Below, piece by piece: positions 54,031-64,000 of a stretch of 64,000 bases of DNA. The position numbers and the translations under genes were made by a program. Every line of letters starts with the position of its first letter. Positions within the stretch are counted from its first letter, which is position 1. The stretch spans positions 33,107,504-33,171,503 of the forward strand of contig OZ037765.1 in the NCBI GenBank assembly GCA_964035545.1, written 5' to 3'. This stretch comes from Bugula neritina (Eukaryota > Animalia > Bryozoa). Below the pieces are notes generated by a model, which made no database searches, was not told where the DNA came from, and was given only the letters and a program-made list of their open reading frames with translations.

Positions 54031-54944
54031 AATGAATCTACAGTTCAAAAATACGTAGCACAGATTGATGCTTTTTGAAACAATGTAATTATAAATTAGT
54101 TTTTAAATCAAATTACAACATTGAGAAAAGATTGCCACTGTAAATTAATTAATAAGTTTGAGTACTTTACCTGTGGTCTGTTGTATTAGTGTTGATGCTT
54201 GAATTGTAGTTTTCTCAATTTATATATTAATAGGTAAAATTTAAAGTTTAAAATAAATAAATGAGGACAGTTTGATAACCGCAAAATTTTATTCCAAATG
54301 GTTTACTAGTTAAATCAGTCCATGCTGAACTGCACATGTTTTTGTGACCATCACCCAGGCAAGCAACAACGATTTTCAACTTTCGTAGAAGAGGCGCCCA
54401 AGTCAAAGTATATAATAAAACAAAACAATGTTAACGTGAGTCTATGTGACTTTGCTTGCTGCTACTAGTAAGAATAAACTCTTGTGTACATGATTATTGG
54501 ATTCTTGAGTCAAGTACCGAGTAACGTGTGGTCACCATGTTGTTTACGCCGTATCTTAGGAAATCACATTGCCATGTGACCAATAATGAACTAAAATGCC
54601 TGCTTTGACTGTAATTGGTTAGTGATTAGCGGGCATGCGGAATCAGATAAAAGATAACTTCGTGGTAACATCGTAATTTCATATTGTAGAACAAACAACT
54701 CCGACAAAACATTAAGCCCTAACTCCTACTTACCTTTAAATGTCGATCAGTAATTGCTAAGATCATTGTTAGATCAATTTGCAATAAAAGGTGCATCACA
54801 TTTATAAACTTCTCTGAAACTGCAGTAACTAGCAATTTTAATATTTTATAACCTGCATCACAACAGACTACTAATGAAGAGAACTGATAAATAATTTGAC
54901 TCACTCTAGTATAGAAAGGATATTGCAGTCATAAAAATCAACAG

Positions 54945-55110
54945 CTACCAACTGTGGCTTAGTGGTTAGAATAAATGGTTCGAATCCCAATAAGAGTGGT
55001 GTTAAAAAGAGTGTTCAGTCATAATTGCTCCTTTATGACTGAACACTCTTTATAGTCACCATCCTTGTTTATAGTCACAGGGATGGTGACTATAAACCCA
55101 CTCGAGTCTG
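54945..55110 (+). mobile_element. tRNA-derived SINE, copy 3, degenerate and internally rearranged
   Basis: TGGCTTAGTGG A box, GGTTCGAATCCC B box, and GAGTGTTCAGTCATAATTGCTCC matching the reverse complement of the core in copies 1 and 2. Confidence 0.7.
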
Positions 55111-55750
55111 TTTTGTAAGAAAGTTAAAAAATTCAAATGTTAAATTGTATAATTATATTTATTTTTCATCATACAGTAATATAATATGTAATGATATTGT
55201 CAATTACTCAATAATTAAAGATTGGCATACAGCATTCATATATCTACTTTCTTTAGTATTTTTACGAATTATTATTTAATAAAAATCACATAATACGGTT
55301 TAATGTAACTTGTAGAAAAATAATTGATTGTAAAACTGAACAAAGGAGCGCAACTTTGAATTCAAGAAATTAAATAAGTGGAAGGAATATACGACAGAAG
55401 AGCACGAGTCAGATAATAGCTGGGAATGGGAAAACCCAACAACCTAAACCGACTAGCTGGAAACTATAAATGTGGTAAAAAATCTTTGAATTTTGAATTC
55501 AATAGAAACATTAACTATACAGTATTGAAGAAATAGTTTGACTTGAAATTCGCTGTAAGAGAAAATATTTGGAAATATATTTATACACTCATTTCATCAG
55601 ATAAATTTGAGCAACAGAGTTGACTGAATGGCATCAGGCAATAGAACAAGTTACACTCATAGAACACAAATATTTCTACTGCTCTGACAAAAACTGGAAT
55701 TCATTAAAAGAGGAATGCGGATTGGAAGCTCAACATACTACATCGACCAA

Positions 55751-58700
55751 TCAGTTCGAAGACGTGTTGGAAGCAAGATTGTCATTGGCTGAGAGTTGAG
55801 AGTCTACAAGATGCGAGGAGTTATCTTCTAGTACTAAGGACTGCATGCTGGCAGAGCAGACGTCTGGGGGACCAGACAGTTGAGGGATTATCTCCACTTC
55901 GGCCACGATGACCTCCTCCGAACTGTGATTGTCTTCCCCTGACTGGCTGACCTCAGCAGCAGTCGGTAATGAACTTTTAGCGGGAGACGTCTGCGAATTC
56001 AATGAGGCGGCCATGACAGCCTCGCCTTCACTGAGCTCTCCGGCAGAGTCAGCGCTGTAGACAGGAGAGTCTGACTCGTCGGCGGAGATGTCACTGTTCT
56101 CTACGGAGGTTGGCTGACTCTTCACCCGCGGCTTCTTGTGGTGAATAAAGTAGCGGAGGAAGGCAGCAGTGGCCTTGTAGCCTTGCTGTAACACCAACGG
56201 CAGCGTGTGTACTTACTCCTAGTATACTATATACAGTGTACTTACTCCTAGTATACTATATACAGTGTACTTACTCCTAGTATATTATATACAGTGTACT
56301 TACTCCTAGTATATTATATACAGTGTACTTACTTCTAGTATATTATATACAATGTACTTACTCCTAGTATATTATATACAGTGTACTTACTTCTAGTATA
56401 TTATATACAGTGTACTTACTTCTAGTATATTATACACAGTGTACTTACTTCTAGTATATTATACACAGTGTACTTACTCCTAGTATATTATATACAGTGT
56501 ACTTACTGCTAGTATATTATATACAGTGTACTTACTGCTAGTATATTATATACAGTGTACTTACTCCTAGTATATTATATACAGTGTACTTACTCCTAGT
56601 ATATTATATACAGTGTACTTACTCCTAGTATATTATATACAGTGTACTTACTTCTAGTATATTATATACAGTGTACTTACTCCTAGTATATTATATACAG
56701 TGTACTTACTCCTAGTATATTATATACAGTGTACTTACTCCTAGTATATTATATACAGTGTACTTACTCCTAGTATATTATATACAGTGTACTTACTCCT
56801 AGTATATTATATACAGTGTACTTACTCCTAGTATATTATACACAAAACACACCTGAATAAGAAATTCTTGATCTTCTCTCTCCAAACTGAAGTCATCCAT
56901 TTTAATGTAGTCTGTGTTTATACCAACAGTGCGATCCAAGTCCTCAGTCTAAAATATGTCATATTATAATATTATACTTTCTACCTGTATACAATCTATC
57001 TGTATATACACTATCTCTACACTTACCTGTATGTACACACTATCTATACACTTACCTGTATGTACACTCTACCTATACACTTACCTCTATGTACACTACC
57101 TATACACTCACCTGTATGTACACACTACCTACACTTACCTGTATGTACATTCTACCTACACTTACCTGTACATACACTCTACATGCACTTACCTGTATGT
57201 ACACTCTATCTATACACTTACCTGCATGTAAATTCTACCTACACTTACCTGTATGTACATTCTACCTATACACTCACCTGTATGTACACTCTACCTACAC
57301 TTACCTGTATGTACACTCGTCTTGCACTGTTCATCAGACTCTCCTGGATGGTCATGAAGAAGGAGCCGAAGTTAGACACCTCAGGCCGCCCGATGTACTG
57401 GTCCCCGCAGATAGACTGAATGTCCACCTTGTGCTTGTTCAGGAAAGCTATGAGCTCAGCACTGGACACCTGCAGCAACACGGACAGTCTACACGCTACA
57501 GACTGAACATCACAACTTGCTGACTTTATTCTCTCTCACGGCAGCATAACTCTAAGGTGGTTGTGTGACTCAAGATTCACTAAACTCAGATAGCTAAGCA
57601 TAAAACTACAGCTATACTGCTAAACATAGACATATTATAGCCATTTTATAGACATATTATAGATATTTTACAGACGTATTATAGATATATTATAGAAATA
57701 TTATAGATATATTATAAACATAATTATTATTGATATACTATAGGCATATTACATATATATTATAGGCATATTATAGATATATTATAGATATATTGCAGAC
57801 GTATTATAGATATACTATAGACACTCACAGTACCAGATCCGTCAACTTGAAGACTTCTCAGTTCGTCCAGCAGACTCACTTCCTTCCCGAATATAATCTC
57901 ACAGTGAGTGTTGGTGAAGGCGTGTCGGTCGTCTGCAACTTCTATCGGACTTTCTGGTGTCTGAAACAGTCACTCGGATAAATAGAGCGCCCCCTAGTGG
58001 CCAGTATATATACTGGGTAGATGCCGTAAGTAATTTGAAGAGCTTGTTAACATAATCCATCAGTATAATATGAACAACAAACACGTATTACTACATTAAT
58101 TATACCAACTGTATTACACTGTATATATCATATAGAATACGTATAAACTACATATTATACCAGCTGTATCACACTGTATACTTCATATAGAATGCGTATA
58201 AACTACATATTACCACACGTATATAATATATACTCACAGAGAGATGCTTCTCAAACTCAGATATGAGATCGTCTCGTTTAAGTCCGCTGTCTCCACTCCT
58301 GATATGAACAGTTCTAAGTACCTACAGCAGCATGAGTAAATGTATCCTACAACCTCATTGGTCAATAGTACTGTAACCTGCAATCTCATTGGTCAATAGT
58401 ACTGTAACCTACAACCTCATTGGACAGTCAGTAGAACTGTATTCTAGTATATTATATTATATATTATATATGTAGGGAACATACTTTGAGGAATCTGGAG
58501 AGAGCATCCAGTCTGGTGTCTCTGTTTACTTCTCTGCGGGACCTTTCATTCATCAGCTTCATTCTCTTCCTAAATACAACATCTTATACTACAATACAGC
58601 ATGTTATACTACAGTCCAACATGCTATACTACAGTACAACATGCTATACTACAGTACAGCATGTTATACTACAGTACAGCATGTTATACTACAGTACAAC

Positions 58701-61700
58701 ATGTAATACTACAATACAGCATGTTATACTACAGTACAGCATGTTATACTACGGTACTACATGTTATACTACAGTACAGCATGTTATACTACAGTATAAC
58801 ATAACATATGCATAACACACTGTCTGTACTGCGTATACACATTACACAAGGCAGTGTGTTATTCATAGCAGACAGTATGTCATTTATTTATCTTGTTTCA
58901 TGAAGAACCAGCTGCTGTTAATATACTACCAGTAATGACTATATTTGGAGAAATATTCCCAACTAGAGATAAACACACAAATGGGAGGATAACTCCAATA
59001 CATTTAATATTCTTATAACCATCAAGCTCTGTGTTGAAGAGGAAAAGTTAGAGTATGGAACAGTCAATGGAGTCATACAGGGATAAACAACAACAATGGG
59101 TTGTTTTCACTCCATTTGAATACAAGTTTAGAGGAGGAGGGAAAACTGCATATCTGACATTCCAGAGCAGAAGGTATGTGCGACAGAGCAGAACGTGTGG
59201 GAGAGGATGAGTCATAATCATATGATGTGTAGCCAGCTGATCTGTGGAGTGGAACTGAGAACTTATACAGTAGACTGAGAACTTACACAGTAGACTGAGA
59301 ACTTATACAGTAGACTGAGAACTTACACAGTAGACTGAGAACTTATACAGTAGACTGAGAACTTATACAGTAGACTGAGAACTTACACAGTAGACTGAGA
59401 ACTTATACAGTAGACTGAGAACTTACAGAGTAGACTGAGAACTTACAGAGTAGACCGAGAACTTACAGAGTAGACTGAGAACTTACACAGTAGACTGAGA
59501 ACTTACACAGTAGACTGAGAACTTACATGGCTAATTTGGTCTTTGGTCGGCTGGTTATTTTTAACTTGTGTCTTTTTTCCAGTTCAAACCTCAGAGCTTT
59601 ATCATCAAACATGGAAAACTGAAATATAAACCAGAATTGTGTCATGCTGTGATATAATATAATACTTTAATGAATGATATAATGAAGTAACATAATAGAA
59701 TAATATAATAAAATACAATAACATTATGAGATAATATGTTAGTCAACATAAAAAGGAATGCATCAGCTCAAGATGCTAGAGGAAATAGCTAGCGACTAAT
59801 AACAATATAATTACAGTGTTACAGAATGGCTGGTAATTAAGTGTATGATAGCAATTATAGACATGAGTATGTCTTGCATTTAGTAATAAATAGATCTAAC
59901 TAGTACAATAATATATGTATCTAGTACAGTAATAGATCTAACTAATACAGTAATATATGTAACTAGTACAGTAATATATGTAACTAGTACAGTAATATAT
60001 GTAACTAGTACAGTAATATATGTAACTAGTACAGTAATATATGTAACTAATACAGTAATATATGTAACTAATACAGTAATATGTATGTAACTAGTACAGT
60101 AATATATGTAACTAGTACAGTAATATATGTAACTAGTACAGTAATATATGTAACTAGTACAGTAATATATGTAACTAGTACAGTAATATTTGTAACTAGT
60201 ACAGTAATATATGTAACTAGTACAGTAATATATGTAACTAGTACAGTGATATATGTAACTAGTACAGTAATATATATTAGTCAATAGTCTAATCTCTAAT
60301 ATGGAGATACTATCACCGGCTTTCCATGTACCGATCTCAGATCGATCTTAGCGAGATCGATCCATGGAAAGACGCCAAAGATCGATCTCCGTCGATCTGA
60401 GCTGGTCGGTCTGTAGAGCTCGAACTCAGATCGATCTCATGTCAATAAGACCATGGAAAGACGCCAGATCGATCTGAGAAGTAGAAAAATACTGCGCGCT
60501 ACAATGTTGTCTGCTAATAAAAATGATAACTTATTGATAATTACTAAGCAAAGCATTAAATAATTATGATAGCCACCTTTTCAGATGCCAAAACTTTGAC
60601 TTTCAGTACAATGATTAAGAAAACTCAATTATATGCAGTAGAAGGTAAAAAAAAATGGGAGAATTTAAATTGAATTTAAATGACTAATAAAACTTAGTTT
60701 CATTAGCTATTTTCTTTGTAATTTTAAGCCTAACAATCCTGTAAGTTTATTAATAATCTGCAAGACAGCCATTAATTTTATATAAGCTGTCAAGCTAAAA
60801 AATTAAAATTAATTATTTTAAATTGGCCAAATTACCATACACTGAAAGCTTTGCTGCGTATAGTTTATAGCTGGGATTAAATTTTAGACTAGGACCATCT
60901 TGTTTTCAACAGTAGTAGCTTTAATCACTCAAATAGGTGAACAAATTATACTTTTAAAGTATCCTTCACTTAAGAGGAGGCAACTTCGATCTGACACTCT
61001 CATGGAAAAACGATCGATCTGAGCACAATTCTCAGATCGATCTCAGCGAGATCGATCTGAGATCGGTACATGGAAAGCCCGTGATTAAAACTCACAAAGC
61101 AATGTACTCTGAATGTAATGAAGTTATTGTTGGCAATAAACTGGGTGGAAATGCCAGTTTTGAGTGCAGCTGTACACAACACATAGAACTGGTACTAAAC
61201 ATGCTATACTACGCTATATACCATTTAGTATATAATATTTAGTATACTGTATGCTGTATAGTATAACATGCCTGGCCAGCTAGTCATATAAGTGCCATCA
61301 TCATAAACCTGGTAGATCTTACTAATACCAGTGCAATCTCATAAATGCCTGATAGTTCATTGAATTACTCTAGTCTAGTGACAACTTTTCTCAACACTAA
61401 ATAAACCCACTCAAGTCTATAGTCACTATCCTTGTGAGAAACCCCTGATGGAAGAGTTTTTGTTAAATTGGGCTAGAGACTACTTTGGATGTGGCACAGG
61501 AGCAATTATGACTGGATGCTCTTCCTAACATCACTAATGGCCCTTACTGGGGTTTGAACCCATAACTACCGCTTACTAGGCAAACGCTCTAACCCCTAGA
61601 CCACAGCTACTCCTTTTGCTTTACAGTAAATGTTTCAACTAAAAGCAAAAACTCAAAACAAACAACATTCTAATTTTCATTCAAACAATCAAAACAAAAA

Positions 61701-63780
61701 GACAAAACATGACTGCAGCAGTTACACAGCTCATTAGCCCGAGGTTACAGATGCTGCAGCTTCAGTTCTAGATATTTCAATGATCTCTAACAGACAGACA
61801 AGAGTTGCTGTTAAACTTTCTAAAAGAACACAAAAATAGGAGTCTGTCTCACCATGCAGAAGCCGAGGGTCTTGTCGTTGTAGCCACCAAACCTGTTCTT
61901 CCTCTCCATAAGACGGGGCAGGTTCTCCAGGGACCCCATCTTCTTATAGAACACATCTTCAGGATCCATAGATAAGAACCAGCCTGCATTGACAAACAAA
62001 AACCTATCAGAAAAAGTTCCACATTTACTATTACAATTATCTTCCCTTTTCTCCTCAGCTAAGAGCATGGATTACGGCTGGAAAACCGAGAGAGAAGGAA
62101 AACTCGTTTCTAATCCCTTGGTGGGTGGAGTTACTCTATCAATATGTGAGGGGAATACTTCACAGTGTGCCTCTACAATGTCTAAACATGTGTACCACTG
62201 CAACTGTGAGGCTATCAACCCTCTACCCAGTGCAGTGGCTGACGAAGGGTTGGGAAGCATAAAGTTTAATTACTAGCAACAGCAATTAACTGGAGAATGT
62301 AACAAACCATTCACCCATGAATATTAGCCCATATCTACTAGCTGGCTGAGTTAGCCATATCAAGTAATATTAATGTAAAGATAACAACACTACAGCCCTG
62401 TTACTTAGCGATGAAGTGATCAACTCTATCAACATGGTGGGTGAAAGCAAACAGAAATAGGCAAACCTTAGCTACAGGCTGTCTGCATGTAATATTTACA
62501 CACCATTTCATTCTAATAATACGTGTATTGCCTGCAGATAAGGGAGAGTTTACGCTGCGTGGGGGGAGGGGGGGTTATGGATGAAATCACTGCGGGCAGA
62601 TTCGGAGTTTTGGCCCCAATAATCCTTCCTTGTAGTAACAATCTCTATGAAGTGCTAAATAGTCTACTAGTGACAGCATCACTGGTTTCCATCAGCAACT
62701 ACTCACAGAAACTTTCAGTATTTACTTGTAGTGTTTTCATTAACAGATTTACTTTAGTAAAGCCATTCATAGTAACAAGTGAAGTGGAGCATTAAACAAT
62801 GCATTCCATGTCCACCTACGTCACTCCATATACAGTATAATATACTAGTTATACGCTGTTATACAGTATATACCAGTTACACTGTATATTATACAGAGTT
62901 ATACAGTATATTATACAGAGCTATAAGGTATATACAGAGGGTTACACAGCGCTATGAAGTGTTACACTGTATAGGCTAAGTAACCCACTCAGCTGTAAAG
63001 TAAACAAAGATCATCTCCGGAAGTAACACAGGCTAATCAATGCATTCCAATGGGTACTTTACACACAGAATATTATACACAGTATCTCTCTAGTACACAC
63101 AGTATAGTACACACAGTATAGTATACACAGTGAGTGGATCACACACAGCTTACTGTAAACACTCCTCACTCATTCACATATCCAAGTACATTACACAATA
63201 CTACACTTTAGGATATTAGTGCATGTAACAGCACGTCATGCTGCCCTAGCAGTGTCTGCTGTCAATAATTATTCAAATGACACCCGAGTAGGCGTGTCTC
63301 ACATAGCTTGAGATGACCTTGAAGGTCAACTAAGCAAGTAGATTATTCCGAAGCAGGGAGTGGGAGTAGATATAAATATATGAGTCATGATACAGAGCCT
63401 TGTCTGTGTATTACTATATAACTACTATATGATATGAGTAGGCCTATATACTACTATATGATATGAGTATATATTACTATATGATATGAGTACATATTAC
63501 TATATGATATGAGTATATATTACTATATGATATGAGTATATATTACTATATAATATGAGTACATATTACTATATGACATGAGTACATATTACTATATGAT
63601 ATGTGTATATATTACTATATGATATGTGTATATATTACTATATGACGTGATGTAGTATACTGTCTATAGCTATAGCCTTAGACCCAAGGGACTTACCATC
63701 AAACACATGCACCGGGTAGTTGCAGAGAAGGCCCCCATCTATATACACATTGGTCCCTTGTCTCACAGGCTGGAAGTATC
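55751..63780 (-). CDS. Patatin-like phospholipase paralog C (5'-partial; exons equivalent to 5-13 lie in the window)
   Basis: Exons 63780-63697, 61983-61853, 59618-59527, 58569-58485, 58321-58238, 57960-57829, 57469-57305, 56948-56853, 56185-55751. Motifs: [72 protein letters not shown]. Intron phases match A and B. Confidence 0.88.
56207..56841. repeat. 29-nt minisatellite, ~21 copies, filling the last intron of patatin C
   Basis: Unit CAGTGTACTTACTCCTAGTATATTATATA. Confidence 0.97.
56981..57317. repeat. 27-29-nt tandem repeat of an exon-intron junction, ~11 copies
   Basis: Minus-strand unit GTGTACATACAG|GTRAGTGT includes the true donor at 57305/57304. Confidence 0.92.
57625..57820. repeat. 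11-nt degenerate minisatellite (CATATTATAGA)n
   Basis: Directly visible; starts right after the donor at 57828. Confidence 0.85.
57985..58003 (-). promoter_or_regulatory. Near-consensus CTCF binding motif
   Basis: Minus strand TGGCCACTAGGGGGCGCTC matches the bilaterian CTCF core consensus; a GC-rich island in an AT-rich intron. Confidence 0.65.
58573..58800. repeat. 20-nt minisatellite, ~11 copies, abutting the acceptor at 58570
   Basis: Unit ATGTTATACTACAGTACAGC; the terminal variant provides GTATTTAG on the minus strand. Confidence 0.93.
59254..59526. repeat. 20-nt minisatellite, 13 copies, beginning at a splice donor
   Basis: Unit ACTTACACAGTAGACTGAGA; on the minus strand the first unit starts with the donor GTAAGT at 59526. 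Confidence 0.97.
59895..60277. repeat. 21-nt minisatellite (AACTAGTACAGTAATATATGT)n, ~18 copies
   Basis: Directly visible. Confidence 0.95.
60313..61084. mobile_element. Non-autonomous DNA transposon (MITE), ~770 bp, possibly PIF/Harbinger-type
   Basis: TIRs TCACCGGCTTTCCATGTACCGATCTCAGATCGATCT (left) and AGATCGATCTGAGATCGGTACATGGAAAGCCCGTGA (right); subterminal AGATCGATCT and CATGGAAA repeats; AT-rich non-coding core; flanks CTA/TTA. Confidence 0.88.
61401..61611 (-). mobile_element. tRNA-derived SINE, copy 2 (most complete)
   Basis: Minus-strand head AGTAGCTGTGGTCTAGGGGTTAGAGCG...GGGTTCAAACCCCAG with Pol III A and B boxes, followed by a body shared with the copies at 44455 and 54945. Confidence 0.88.
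63410..63645. repeat. 23-nt minisatellite (ATGATATGAGTAYATATTACTAT)n
   Basis: Directly visible, ~50 nt into the intron after the DGG exon of patatin C. Confidence 0.9.
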
Positions 63781-64000
63781 CTACAAACAACCGACACAAT
63801 GTCCAGTATGTGAGGAGACATCTTATAAGGGGAGCTATAGCAGAGCCCCCTAATATGCTAGTTTTGTGTGGATACCAAGTCTATGCTTACCAAGCAGTTA
63901 TACTATAGCTATAGGGAAGGAATAGTGAAGGTTATACACTATAATATAATATTTAGTTAAGATTATCTTTTCTAAAACAACATTTCAAACATGTATATAC

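Noticed and set aside
7464-60287. Repetitive ORFs in the ORF track (7464-7746, most of 17100-17567, 26478-26822, 34252-34615, 41331-41807, 42228-43024, 47103-47490, 56956-57523, 58486-58815, 59880-60287)
   Set aside because: They are translations of minisatellites and microsatellites inside introns or intergenic DNA; only the parts overlapping the exons listed above are coding.
5565-63645. Regular short-repeat arrays as CRISPR arrays
   Set aside because: Units are head-to-tail with no unique spacers, there are no cas genes, and the context is eukaryotic introns.
8836-63780. Recent horizontal transfer or bacterial contamination as the source of the patatins
   Set aside because: Twelve shared spliceosomal introns, host-like composition and flanking animal genes indicate long residence; only an ancient origin remains open.

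Overview
AT-rich, intron-rich invertebrate animal genomic DNA (standard code, GT-AG introns); it is not prokaryotic and contains no CRISPR array. Exon chains reconstructed by eye give six protein-coding genes. (1) An atypical Ras-family small GTPase (minus, 3 coding exons, ~230 aa). (2-4) Three paralogous patatin-like phospholipases of the bacterial-looking ExoU/VipD-like type with identical intron positions and an inserted EF-hand region: A (plus, 13 exons, ~628 aa), B (minus, 16 exons, ~683 aa) and C (minus, 5' end outside the window). (5) A four-TM membrane protein with a single coding exon. (6) An AUTS2/FBRSL1/tay-bridge family gene (plus, ~16 exons, ~1170 aa). Also present: tRNA-Pro(AGG), a degenerate tRNA-like element, three copies of a tRNA-derived SINE, a ~770 bp TIR MITE, a near-consensus CTCF site and more than 20 minisatellites, many apparently seeded from or duplicating splice sites. 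The best candidate for an undescribed system is the cluster of putatively N-myristoylated EF-hand patatin lipases with graded loss of the Ca2+ loop, one of them head-to-head with a degenerate small GTPase. All gene models come from sequence reading only, with no transcript or database evidence.
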